Both the position numbers and the translations under genes were made by a program. The notes below the pieces were generated by a model that searched no databases, was not told the DNA's origin, and saw only the letters and a list, made by a program, of their open reading frames with translations. Positions 24,760 to 38,400 of a stretch of DNA of 64,000 nt are shown one piece after another. This stretch comes from Vermamoeba vermiformis (Eukaryota), in the NCBI GenBank assembly GCA_045837725.1, contig JBEWZL010000076.1, positions 124,001-188,000 on the forward strand, in the 5' to 3' direction. Within the stretch, counting starts at the first letter, position 1. Each line of letters begins with the position of its first letter.

Positions 24760-26836
24760 ATGAATTCCAAATCGGTTTTGATATTTTGCTTTATAGTTGC
24801 AACTGGTAAGTTTTTCTAAACATTGTCGAAGTCTGATCTCGAGCTATTTGCTTTGAATATTAATAATCCTAATTAATTAATCTCACTCATAGCTGTAAAT
24901 ATGTCAGAAGCGTTTTCCATTATTGCGCCAGAAGATCTGAAAGACACTGTAAGTTTACGCTCTGTGACGACATTAAAAAATCATATTATCACCGTTCATT
25001 CGGATAAAATTCGTTGAAATCAAATTCTTGCCGAACACTTCATGATCAGATTAGATCTTACCTGATTTTTGTTTGAAAATTGTGTTAGGCTTACCCTTTT
25101 AGCGGAATACTTTGCATTTCACTAAGCGTTGTATTTTCAACAGTTTAATTCACCTCGGTTACGATGGGTTGGTCCGTCTGACTGGACTTTCGATGTTACG
25201 GGCGTTTTGGTGCATTATAATCGTTCAGTCGATGTAACAAATAAGTACGATCGGCTAATCGTTTTAACATAATTATCCGTTTAACTTCATATATAGGATT
25301 GCTTTAATAAACCTGTCCGACTACGGTGACATCGACGATCTGGCCAATAGACGTGCCCTGGGGGCTTTAGCATACACGGATAATTCACCAGGTAGATCTT
25401 ACCGCCATTTGACGGCTAATTATGTAATGTGCGGTGTCACCAATTTTTTTTCCATTTTAGGAAAATTCAACTTTTCGGGTGCCTCGCTCATCATTCCTAA
25501 TTAATTTATTAATTACATAATGCAGTGGATATCCCTGGGCTTGCAAACTACGTGGTTGCTGAGGCCCGTTTTGAGACCAAATTGCCGGTGGTTGCAATTT
25601 CGGAGATCGCGTTCAATAAACTTGGTTCATGGCTCGATGAAGGAAGAAATCTCACTGTTAGAGTATCTTCAAATGGTATATACGCGCTCATTATATCTAT
25701 ACCACTTCGTAGCTAAACGAAGTATTTTCAGACGTGAACGAGTGGGATCTGATGATGGGGTCAGGCGCGATGATCTTCTATTCAGTATTCATGTCTGCAT
25801 TCACTTTGACTTGCATCGGACTTGCTGCGTACAAACTGATCATGTTCGTGCAAGCCAAAGGCTGTCAAGAGTCAATTCCTCAAACGATGCTAATCATGGA
25901 GATCGTAGCGAATACGAGTACGTAACAAAAAATGTCGCTACGAACTAGTGGCTAACAATAGTAATTCATTAGTCCGTTTCTTCCCCTCGGCAGTGGATCC
26001 GCTCCAGTCTCGCGCATTATTGCCATTCGCGGCGAGTCAAATGTTCTTCACAACGAGTTGGCCCTTCGTTATCATCAATCTGTTGCTGATTAGCTTTTAC
26101 TGGTATGTCCAAAGAGCAACACAGCTGCTAACGATAACTAACTAACTACATTAGGCACGAGTTGATTAAGAAGACCTCGATGAAGATCAATACATTCTTA
26201 GACAAACTGCGCATCCCATTTTGGTGCATTTTCGCAGTGATCTTGGCATTGGAGCTAACAGCGAGTATTCTACGAGGAATGAGATTCGACTTGCAAGTAT
26301 TTTTGGTCGTGATGGGCGTGTGTTACGTCGTCATTGGCTTGGCATGTGTCATATTTTACATCATCACAGGCATCAGGTTGACAAGAGCTCTTCGACTTAC
26401 TGCAAAAAAGATTGTTAATTCGAGCCGAGCGAAACGTCTAAACAGAGTACGTACTTCCGAAGTGACACTTTGACACGTGTCATCCAGATCTCAATACTTC
26501 TATGGATAGTATCTAACGTCTCTTATCTGTTAGACATCGAGATACATCTACGCAAGTGCAGGAGGTGTGATTGTATGGCTGATTGCTATAGTCATCGGAG
26601 GTCTAACGAATACGTTCTGGCTGCCCTGGGGATACTTCGGTGTTTGGTTCGCTGGATTCCTTGCCATCACGTTCATCAGTTTGATGCAGATCTTGGCCAT
26701 TCATGAACCAGGTTCAATTTGTGCAACTCCATCGTTCAAGTCGACTGAACGTACTTCGAAGAGTACACCAACGGATGGAACAGGTTCAGCTCATTTGATG
26801 ACGCCGATAGGCGATCATTCTTCGCCAAGAGATTAA
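24760..26836 (+). CDS. PA-like ectodomain + 7TM receptor-like protein, paralog 3
   Basis: MNSKSVLIFCFIVAT|...FNSPRLRWVGPSDWTFDVTGVLV...RRALGALAY...KLPVVAISE; same 7TM core. Confidence 0.85.
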
Positions 26837-27178
26837 TAGATACACTTGTAATTTATGTAAATAGTAAGTTATGTTTTTTCTTGCCTAGTGTCCCTGACCT
26901 TGACGGGAGCCAATTTTTTCCATAGCTCCATGCGATGTATTTATGGAGGAAGTTATTGGCAGTCAATTGTGCTCTTAGATACGATCCGAACGTTTTGATT
27001 TCGCAATGCGCGAATCTTCTTAATCTCCCGCGCACGAGATTAACGATCACAATGTGACGTGAATGTGACAGGCACGCTGATTTTGTTTTTCGGTTCTTGA
27101 TTAGTTAATGTGATTACATAGAGCCACTAGGCACATATGATAGGCTGTAGTGGTGGATTTTAGGCTCTAAAAATCAAA

Positions 27179-29495
27179 ATGATAAGTAGATCTTTGCTGA
27201 AATTGTTTTTCCTCGTAGGCAAGTTAACGGGTGCAGAGCAAAACGCTTCATGCAATCCATAATACTATTAAGTCATTACTAACGTGGATTTTTACGTTAG
27301 GCTTTTTGAGCTTAGCAGTTGGTTTGGAAATATTGACACCGGAAGATCTAGCAAATACCGTAAGTTATTTAACCTTATTTCGACTCGTTAACGAATCATT
27401 TTAATTTATTACGCGCTAATATTACCATGATTTTGATATACTGTTCGTTGGTGCAATTATTTGTTTCAGCTAGACAGATGGCGAAACGAATTTGAAACGG
27501 ATAGTGAAAGTTTACTAATAATGTTATTATAGAGGTTTATTGCACCTCGATTACGATGGATTGGACCCGATGATTGGGAGTTCGACTTGATCGGCGAGCT
27601 AGTTTCCATAAATAGCTCAGATGTGGCCAACAAGCAAGTTCTAAATTCCAAAATGCCGTTAAACGAGTACCAAATGTTCTAATGCGTCATGTATTATAGA
27701 ATTGTCCTCAGTAGACACTACCAAAACGAAGAGCTCGAAGATCTTTGGAAAAGAAATGCGTTAGGAGCCGTTGTGTATTCAGGACATTCACCAGGTACTT
27801 ATAAGAGCCACTGTAGGCTCGTAGTTATAAAAATCGCGCGAGTTCGATTCAGTCGCTTTTTTTACCATATTTAGCAAAAAAAGAAAACGTTGGATCTGTC
27901 GATTTTGGAATTTATCGGGTCATTAACCAATAACTTTTGCAGCTGATATTCCAGGCATATCGAATTACGTCCTAGATACGCCTCAACGCGACGTTATCCT
28001 GCCTACAGTCACGATTTCAGTTCAGACTTTTGAAAAATTGCGAGGCTGGCTTGAAGACGAAGGAAGAAATATTACCATCCGCTTGACTTCTACCGGTTCG
28101 TTCAATTATTATATCGATCGGAATTTATTCCGCTCGGAAAGCATTCTTTTGATTGATCGTTCATTGTTTCAATCCAGATCGAAGTCAATGGGACGAGATG
28201 ATGCATTCAGGCGTGCTTATATTCTACTCCGTATTAATGTCTGCATTTACACTGACATGCATCGGCCTCGCCATTTACAAACTGATCATGTTCGTGCAAG
28301 CCAAAGGCTGTCAAGAGTCGATCCCGCAAACTATGCTCATCTTCGAGATTATTGCTAATACGAGTAAGTAGCGTGTTTATATTAGTAATTTTTAATAGGC
28401 ATTTATTAATGAGAACGATTAGTTCGATTTTTTGCGAGTGCTGTGGATCCGCTCCAATCACGAGCAATCCTGCGGTACACAGTGAGCCAAATGTTCTTCA
28501 CTACTAGCTGGCCGTTTGTCATTGGCAACCTCTTGCTGATCAGCTTCTACTGGTACGTGACAAACGCTTACATAGCTCTCGAATACATTGACAATTGACC
28601 ATCACGCGATGATACTTTGACACGCACAGCATTCAATCAATTAATTTTAAGCCACTACTATTAATATTCAATTATGAGTTATTATCGTAGTACCTTTATA
28701 TCTGTCTTTATCGTCTTCGGATCCAGAAAATATGACACTTTGACACTTTGACACGCGACTAACTTGCCTTACTAGGCACGAATTAATGAGCAAGAGTTCA
28801 ATGCGCGTCAACAGATTCTTGTCCAAGTTGAGAATTCCATTCTGGTGCATCTTTGCAGTCATCTTGGCGATGGAACTAACAGCGAGCTTGTTGCGAGGAC
28901 TTGGCTTTGATTTGAATATCTTTTTGATAGTGATGGGCATTGGCTACATCGTGATTGGACTGGGCTGCGTTATTTTTTACATTTACACCGGAAGAAAATT
29001 GACGAAGATGATGGACAAGGCCTCGAAAGAGTTGATTGCTTCGAATAGAGTCAAACGCCTTAATAGAGTACGTCACCAAAATTTCAATCCATAACATTTC
29101 CTTTTTAGGCAAAAAACAATTTGTCAAATTTCGAAAATTTTCTTTCTGATTTTGCGAGGCCTTTTACGTTTTGTCAATCACTCACTAATATCTTTTAGAC
29201 ATCGAGATACATCTACGCAAGTGCAGGAGGTGTGATTGTATGGCTGATTGCTATTGCCGTTGGAGGCTTGACAATTGTGTTTTGGCTGCCGTGGGGATAC
29301 TTCGGCGTTTGGTTCGCTGGCTTCTTTTCGATCACGTTCATCAGTTTAATGCAGATCTTGGCCATTCATGAACCAAGATCGATCTGCGCTAGACACGCCA
29401 AGTCCACTGACATGTCGCAGACCAAGTCAAACACGACGCTCAATCTGTCAAATACTCAGCCTAATTCTCCGATTAACTCCGTGCGTTCTGAGTAA
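27179..29495 (+). CDS. PA-like ectodomain + 7TM receptor-like protein, paralog 4 (two GC-AG introns)
   Basis: MISRSLLKLFFLV|GFLSLAVGLEILTPEDLANT|RFIAPRLRWIGPDDWEFDLIGELV...RNALGAVVY...ILPTVTIS; GC donors at 27219 and 27634 in positions where paralogs use GT. Confidence 0.85.
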
Positions 29496-29594
29496 CGAAA
29501 ATATTATTTTAAAAATTGTTTATAAACTAATGTACAATAAAAATTTAGATTTAATAGTGGTGGTATATAATTACAAAATTGGGTGCGATGAAAT

Positions 29595-32500
29595 TTAACA
29601 TATTTTACAGCCGCTACTGTCTTTAGTCTCCTGCGAGAACTCAGTGATAAAAATTCGCGGAAAAGAGTTGGTCCAATAGGTGGATGTGTGAAAACTGGAT
29701 GGGTCAGATCCAATTCCTGACGGCAAAGTCTCGTCGGGCGGAATATCTTGCAAGAACATTCGTGCTTTGTTTTCATCTTTGACGTTGTGCTCGATCCACA
29801 GGTACCACAAGAAATTGGCGCAACGCACTTCATTCTTGTCGCAGCAGATGACAAAATGATCGTGTTTTTCTACCGAACAAATCAAACATTAGTAAAACAA
29901 TAATAACAACGTTAATAATAATCCATCATTATTATTAATGTAAAAGAAGCAGGTTCGAAAGAAAAAATTTCCAAAATCGTTAGGGTTAGGGTTAGATTTT
30001 TTTTTTTTGACTTGTTACCTTCGTTATAAAGCGTCAAAGAAAAGCTATTTGAGTTAACAGTCGACATAAAATTTGATCCGTGCTTAGAACTGACGATTTC
30101 TGAGACAGTCTCTATTTTGCCGATGTGATAGTTTTTCCAGCTGATCGGAAATTGGTGGATCGGGTCGAATCGCCACTACAGAATAGTAATTAATATAGAA
30201 TAGTAGAATAATAGTATATTGTATTCTTACTTCGTGTGAATGGTGACGTGTAAAGACTTTCTTGAAGCTCTAAAAAAAATGTCAAAAAAATGACACGTGT
30301 CAAACTAGCTAACGATGCTGTTTAACTATGACTTGATAAGGTAAGTATTTTTAAAGTGACACGTGAAAAAATAAATCTTTGATTAATATTTTTCAGCATA
30401 ACTTCGCCTTACCTCTCCAAAACTCGAAAAAAATAAAATGCTGCATTCGCCGTCTTCAGCTATTCTTATTTTAGCCTTTTCATTATCGATCGTTTGATAT
30501 TTTACGGTGACTTTCATTTGCATTGGTATTTTGAGAATGTCGATCATCGTTTTAATCATCGTGAAATTTCGTGTTAGTAACGCCTCTGTAAACCATTTCA
30601 GTGAATTTTGTTCGTATTCTTCTTCGAAATTGGGGTCTGCGCCTTGTTTTGGCGGATTTTTCGCGAGAAGTTTCACGTATTTTGGCCACAGATCTTTGTA
30701 CTGCTCGAAGATCGGGTTGCAATGAGCAGCATATTGATAGATAACTTCAGGATTATCTATCTTAGACTTAACAATAAAATATTAAAAAAAAGGTTCTTAG
30801 TATTAATTATTGATAAAATTGAGATCCGTACCAGGGCTCCGTGATCCACCAAAATGTTCACAATAGGAATCCATTTGTTATGAACTGGCTTCGATAAAAC
30901 GTACTATTATATATATTAGTATTAACATAGATTATACTGTTTGAGACTCACGTCTAATGCGGTCAAATCTTTCGCGTTAATTTCGTTGACGTCAACACCT
31001 CTCTTGATCAAGTACTGCAGCGTCTTAGGCCTCGCTGAATATGCAGCCAAATGTACCGTTGAATCATAGTTGGCATTAGTAGCTAATATATTCACCCGCG
31101 AGTCTTTTCCAATCTAATACAACGAGTCAGTAAGTGTCAAAAGTGACAGGTTGACACGTGTCAATAACGTTTTTTCACGTGTCAAACGGAGACTTGTACG
31201 AATTTATAATAACGATTTGAACTATTAGGTCGGGGTTTGAGTTTGACAGGTGTCAAATAGTGACACGTACCATTTCTTCGAGTTTTTTAATCGCGTTCAA
31301 ACAGGCGTTGTCATTAGTGCTCTCGAGAATACAGTGGTGATAAATAGTGTTTTTGAAGTCAAATTCCAAGTTCAAAATGTATTCTAGCGGCAACATACTG
31401 AAATTATCTTGCTGCATAAAAAGTGAAAAAAAAGACGTTAGTCTATAGCCAAATAAGGCAAGAAGTTGTAATGGTATGCTTACCAGCGCTATAGTTACTA
31501 TATTTGGTATAAAATAATCGGTGGCTAATTCCACGAAATCATGTCGCTCTAACCGCAAAGCAGTTGAAATAAGTTCTACGATTGTTTTGGGTGTCATTTG
31601 CCTGTTCAAGAAATTCATGCAATGTATTGCGAACGTCGGACAAAAATATTGTTCCGCTAATTGATCTCCGAGCATCGCTAACTCGATTGATGGAAACTTT
31701 GGTTCATTTCCTAATTTGGAAAAAAAGTTGGATCTCGTTAGTGCTCCATCTAAGGACCACTATTATGACATGTATAGTATACCTGTATATATAGATTCCA
31801 AAAATAATTGAAATAGCGGAGTTTTTTGTTCTTCGTTCATGTAGCCAGTAAGATCCAAAACAATTTGTTGCGCTGACTTTTCTTTCATTTCTGACGCGAA
31901 CATTGCTTGAAAATAATCCGAATCTGCAAATATAACATTATTACTATACGATATTGTAATATTACTGTTATTTAACGTTCAATAAGCAACCGATTTTTGG
32001 ATGTGGTTGTAACGACAAAAAATATTCTATTAGAAGAATCAATTTTATACCAAAAATAGTTAATTTTATACTTACAATGCACGAGCACCATTTTATGACA
32101 AAGGAAATTATTATTAGTGCCTTTAATACTAATAATTATGTCGCCGTTAGGCGTTCTTCGTCGGGGCACAGGAACAGTGACTTTTATCGTTTCAAAAGCG
32201 GGCTTGGGCGGTTTAAATAAGCAATATAATCCATATTTCTAAATAAGGAAATTAATTTACGGTTAATTTTTGAGGCGTAATAATTAAATAATGAGATCTC
32301 GAAAAATATTTGGATCTGACTTACCTCGCACAATTCTATAAGCTTGTCCTTATTCTTTGATGCTATATTATATTGAATTGCTGTATATGCTTCATGCCCC
32401 ATATAAAACATGCTCAAAAACAGTCTTGTAAGATCCGCGTCATTTTCTAGATCCGATACAATAACAACGCTATCAATATTATCGCTTGAATTATTTTCCT

Positions 32501-32699
32501 CGAATTTTCTTTTTAATAAATCTTCTAGGAATGCTGGACTTCGTCGTTGAATAATAAATTTGTGGCAAGTGAAATAAGGCGATCCGCTGTCGGTTGAAAC
32601 AAATACTTTTAAATCGCTGAATAATGTGTTGTTGAACCATTGGTCAAAATTTTCATATACATTAGCCAAGTGTTGAGGCACAATCACGTCATTTTCCAT
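29595..32699 (-). CDS. Tandem BTB/POZ + ankyrin-repeat protein
   Basis: BTB1 FNNTLFSDLKVFV...FTCHKFIIQRRSPAF; BTB2 GDIIISIKG...FLCHKMVLVH|SDYFQAMFASEMKE; ankyrin STVHLAAYSARPKTLQYLIKRGVDVNEINAKDLTALD; ends ...SGCKIC*. Confidence 0.8.
29980..29995 (+). repeat. Short interstitial telomere-type repeat (TTAGGG)2.7 inside an intron
   Basis: TTAGGGTTAGGGTTAG read directly. Confidence 0.7.
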
Positions 32700-33139
32700 T
32701 ATTATTTTTACTGATCCTAAAAATAATTCCGCAATTAAATTTAAAATCAAATAATTGGATATTGTTTGTATAGGCTCGGTAATATTAATATTATTAATAA
32801 AATAAATTGATAAATTATGAACCAAGACTTCAAAACCAGAAAATCTCTGATCTACTTACGTTATTAGAGTTCTTTAATGGTGGTTATACTCCATAATTAA
32901 TTAATGCTATGATCAAGTGTGGTATATCTATTGAATAGTCTCTTTTAAATAGCAGCGTAACAAAAATTAAATTTCAAACAAAAACGTCAAGCTTCACCGA
33001 AAGATTCTCCTTCGCTACGCTTTAGAAAAAACTCTAATCCTAATAGGAATACCATTCTTAAACTATAGTTACGCCGCCAGGGTCCAAAATAACTTAATTT
33101 ACAACCGGATCTAGTCTCTTTAAGTTTTATTTCAGTTTT

Positions 33140-34951
33140 TTAAGGCTTGAATCCAGTTACAATAGAATAATAAGCGTATGAAGGCGTGATATCAATGTTA
33201 ATGAATCCAATCTCCGTCAACGTTCTTTGCAACTCTTCAGCGCTGAATTGTTTGCCTCGTGTGTTGAGCAACATATGCATTGAGAAGCACGCTGCGGTCA
33301 AATCTCCGTCCTTATTGTCTCGTAGTAATATCTCGTGCACTATATATGGTATAATATTAATAAAACGTTTTACTGGCATTTAAATTCTTCCGCGCATCCG
33401 CAAAAATAATTTCAATGATGCTCAGCCACCATATTATACCATAAAGACACTCAATATGGACTAACATAATATGACATATAATGTATTACTTAGTCGCAAA
33501 ATTGAATTTTGATCTCTACCGGATCTAAATATCGTTGCTAAATGTACTTACGATGGATCCTGCCACCAGAGGGTAATGCATCGAAACTCTTCTTTGCTAA
33601 TATCTGACACGTGCTCCAGCTCCAATCGTGGAAGATATTTGAGAAGAAATGAGCATCGTAACCTTGCGGCCATTCCTCGGTGAACATGTTCAGCGGATGT
33701 GTATCAACTTTGCCTTCAACTAATAATAAAATGGGCCTATTAGCGCAAAATAATACTATAATCAACGCTATTAATATTAAAATGCGGTTCATAATGTTCA
33801 AGGTACGTGAATCTGGATTCAAATCCGATCGCGAAACTAATTTCTTTCAAATGTTGTTCTTACCTTTAAATTTCGCAATATATTCATGAGTAATTTTGCA
33901 CACGACGGGAAGTTCAGCGACGGTGATCTTTTCGAGCTGGTGTTGTTGTGCAATTGAAATGGCAAAACAGCCGCTGCCACCAGCCACGTCTAAAAATTTC
34001 TTAGTCTTGCTCCAATCATAATTGCGCGATGCTCCCTGTATAATAAAAGCATATTAGTACGATCTTAGTGAAAATAAAGCGTTTAAAGCGCTTAAAAGTC
34101 GACTCAGATCTCGCGATCGAATTTTAAATTTACTTCGTGCATCTCTGATAGACCGATAGAACGTGAAAATATGATATATATAATAGTATAGTGATGATAA
34201 CGTACAATAGCGGCGGCAAAGGAATGAGCTTGCATAGCGTTAGTTAGATGTCGAGCGCGGGCCTCAGATAAGTCGCCCATTTCCCATTCTTTAATTGGTG
34301 CGCTGTCCATTGGTGCTTTTGCCTTAATAACATTAAGCAATCTATTATGGTAATCATTCATAGGACCAGCGGACGCGAGCATAGACTTCCTGCAGCCAAA
34401 TCCAAAAAGTTAGAAACTGCATTTTTGCCTTCAAATAGCATATAATACGCACCAATAGAATACACTCTCTGGCAACAAATAAGTTCTAGCAGCATCGGTC
34501 AAGAAGAATTTGCCCAAATGTTTTGTAACGAGTTTTAATCCAGCAAGCACGGCCATAACAGCTTCAGCGGCACGAGCACTAAAAGAGACATTAGGAACAG
34601 CTATTATTATAATAGTTACGTACTCTAAGCCGAGTTTTTCGGTGATTTGTTCGAGGGTAAGGCTCTTTTCTATTCAAATTGTTAGATCGAGCTACCAAAA
34701 ACCAACGACAAACTTTAGTATTTAAAATAATACGAACCTTTATGTAATAATTCAAAAAGACCAATTTCAATGCTCACTGTCACGGTAGCAAGGTGGTGCT
34801 GGCTCATCCAAATATCCCTACGAAAATTTAATTAATTGATTATCGTGCAAAAATGCTATAAAAATTTATAACAAAATTATACGTACCATAAGATATTATC
34901 GGGAGTGGTGGGAGGCTCAATCTTAGATAGATCTTTTTGCAAGAAAGACAT
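33140..34951 (-). CDS. SAM-dependent O-methyltransferase (Methyltransf_2; ASMT/BchU/CrtF-like, with N-terminal dimerisation domain)
   Basis: IEIGLFELL...TLEQITEKLGL, AMQAHS, motif I FLDVAGGSG, NMFTEEWPQGYDAHFFSNIFHDWS, ALPSGGRI, TRGKQFSAEEL...GF. Confidence 0.9.
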
Positions 34952-35419
34952 AGCGATGCTGTATTAATACGGATATGCGGTATACTATTCGTTATGTGCT
35001 AGTAGTGCAGTAAAATACTAACTAATGCAAAAAATTCCTTTTTGACTTGTCCGCAAAGAACCTTCGGGAAAAAATCGATAGCTTCTGTGAAGGTTCGCAC
35101 GACTATTGCTGTACCGGCGCACGCGCAATGTGAATTGTGAGCGATAAGTAATATTTAGTAATCGAACGAGTCAATTCTATGCCGCGATATCTCCTGCGGT
35201 GCATCTTCCAGATTCGAAAAAAATCTGGATCTGAATTCTGCCCCGCTTCAAGTCTTTCCGCTGTCCATTCCTTTATAATTATATGTGGTGACAAATATTG
35301 CTTATGAAGGTTTTTGTGCGCTCTGTTTGTCCATCCAAAAAATGGAGATAACTTTTCATCAGGCATTTATTTTATTCAGCTCACAAATTCGAAATCGGAC
35401 ACATAAGCTCATAATAAAT

Positions 35420-38400
35420 ATGAATGAGCATTTTGGTATACCGGCAAACAACCCGAACATGCCGATGAACGATCCGTTTACGGGATTTAAACTCGACACT
35501 GACGGATCTTTCAAGCACTTCCCTGGAAACACGATAGTAAGCTTTTTAACTAAAGAAGAGCACTCAGTATGGTACAAAGCACTGCTTACCTCGCAAGAAA
35601 TACTTCGCTCAAGCCGGATTGCGCAATTTTTTTCGATCGTCCCGCCACAGACATTTCACATCACTATTTTCGATTTAATTACTGATGTTGGAAGAAACCC
35701 GCAGTATTGGCCCGCTCATATTCCTGTAAGTCACTATTATAGCATCTTTGGGTTTATTTTATTTATTTTTTTTCGGATTCACAATCATCTCACGCGATTA
35801 TTTTTTCGCTATCGCAATTTTATAACATTATAATAAGCTTAAAACTAATATATGTAATTAGCTGAGCGCTCCCCTCGAAGAATTAGAAGCAGAAATGATC
35901 CGAAGAACAAAGTACGTGATCTCGTTAGAAATAAATTCTATAACTACTAATATTACCAAATATAGAGCAATTTTCGATCGTGAACGATTGCATCCAACCT
36001 TATTTAAATTTAAATTTGCTGGAATTAAGTTGGGTTTGACGTTCCGAACTTTCAGTATACTTTTAGAACCGGCTGATGGTAGAACTGCCGATCTAATGAC
36101 TAAATGGCGTCGAGGTACTATCATATAATACTAACAATAATTTTGTGCCCGAAATACAGCTAGATCTGACTGAATTATTTTCAGAGGTGTCTTTGCATAG
36201 CGGAATTGGCTTTCGAGAGAAATTATTCCACGTAACTATGGCTTATCAACGTCAAGCTATTAGTCAAGAGTTCCTAGATGATATTAACAAATTGAATACG
36301 AGCTTGGAAGGGTACGCCTTAAAAATATTTATTGCAAATCCAGATCGGGACTTGAAAATAGCTCCCGTTGTATTTAAAAATGCTTATTAAATGTTATATG
36401 AACTAATTATGGCATTGTATAGGCTTTGGAACGATGCTATCAAGATTCAACCCGAAATAATTCCGCAATCGCCAGTACTCACATTTTTCAGGCAAGATCC
36501 GAAAGCTATTTCGATGATTAAGGCTAATTATACTATATTTATAGAGATATGATGGATTTTAGAACACTTCCGCTGTTTACATCAAACTTATTGCTGTCTG
36601 ATTTCATTACGTTGCGACAAAGTCAAAATCAACCGCAAGAAAAGCCAAAACCAAAAGAAATCATTCTTATATTGGGATACCAAGTCAAAAAAGTACGTAA
36701 TTAATATTAATATAATTATTATTGCCTAAATAAGCAAAAAACAATTGCGTTGTTTTAACGGATCCAAAAGATCTGAGTATAATTTACAAAATAATTGATA
36801 GTAAATATGATATCGTACTAATATGGTTATTATAGAGTGGTAGACCGCACGTTATAATGAAAAATCGATTGAAAAAAGCAGTTGGCGTTTACTTTGCAAA
36901 AGTGACCGAACACAATCAGCCTGGACGCGTGAGTTTCTTTTTGACAGGTGGATATACGACTGGTCATATTGAATCTGAAGCTACTGTTATGCGAAGATGG
37001 CTCTTAGACGGTAAGTCTGAAAGTTTCAAATCCAGATTGAGGATCGAGATTCGGTTTTGCGAAGAAACTTCGTGCTAATGCAGTATATTAATATAGGATA
37101 TGGTATTAGTCCCGACGCGATTTTAACGCCCGAAGAGCGAGCTCAAAATACCGTCGAGAGCGCTTATTTCAGCAAACGAAAATTATTGAAAGAAGGAATC
37201 AACACTGTAAGCAACGATTATCGATTGATTTCTTAATATATTAACTTATATGTATACTATAGGGTGATATTACAGTAATTACGAGCGATTTCCACTTGCC
37301 TCGTGCTTCGCTCGTGTTTTTACATTGCTTCGCAAAATCATCGGTAAGTAGCACTTTATGCATTCAATCAGCTATTATCAGTTTGTCTAGTATATATACC
37401 ACTCAATAAATTAAATATAAATTATTGCAATACGGTTATGAAGAGCGAGACTGCAGATATTTTAGATCGCAAAAAATCAGTCAGTTCTTTAAACACCAAT
37501 AACAATGACTCAATTCGATTTAAATTTTCTCCTAAGTTAATACTCATAAATAATTTAAATGATACTATTGAAACAGCGATAGCGATGCTTGTCCTGCTCT
37601 ACTGATCCAAAATTAATTTCCTTGTATTATTACAGTTCAGCGTCAATTTCGTGACAGCCCCCGCGAGCAACGAAGCCAAGCACGCCGATGCCGTCGAACA
37701 ATTGAAACAGCAAGAAATTGAATTGATTTCGCAGACCCCTGAACAGCTCAAAACATTCGACAAAAAGTTCACCGAACAAACGATTGCTAATTACGAATTT
37801 ACATTATGGGAGGATATTAAGAGGGGTAATATAGCGGGCGTAGAATATTGGCTGAAAAAACATGCTGGTCAAATTAATTCTCAATTTGATGAAAATGGAA
37901 GAACGCCGTTGCATGTCTTGGCTGGCTATGGAAACAGTGCGCCGCATATTCAAATTGCCCTATTGTTGTTGAAAAACAACGCGAATGTCAACGCAGCCGA
38001 TTTTCAGGTACCACATCCGCTCCTAAAAAAAATTAGTAAATCCGATCAGATCCAAAAACTTTCTAATCACCTAAATCCCATTACAATAATTATATTAACG
38101 CTTATTGGTATATTATAGGGCTGCAGACCGCTTCATATTGCCGCTGCAAAGGGTGCTACAGTCATGGCTAAAATGTTTTGCGAGTTCGGTGCTCAAAAAC
38201 AACTTGCAGGTAATTACAATGCAAAAATAAATATAAAACGACTATTAATTAACACTATCATTACATTTAATAGGCCAAGGACCATTTTGGAAAGGAAATT
38301 TGACGCCTCCTGAGATCTTAAGTTTAGATGAGATCAAACAATCGATCAGCGAAGTAGACCACTCGATTATGACGCTAGGACTGCACTGGAATAGAACGGA

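Noticed and set aside
29980-29995. Chromosome end or telomere fusion
   Set aside because: Only 2.7 repeats, inside an intron of an intact gene.
32906-32925. GCTATGATCAAGTGTGGTAT resembles the U2 snRNA branch-recognition region
   Set aside because: The invariant GTAGTA is changed, and the U2 5' stem (ATCGCTTCTCGGCC) and the rest of the gene are missing; likely chance.
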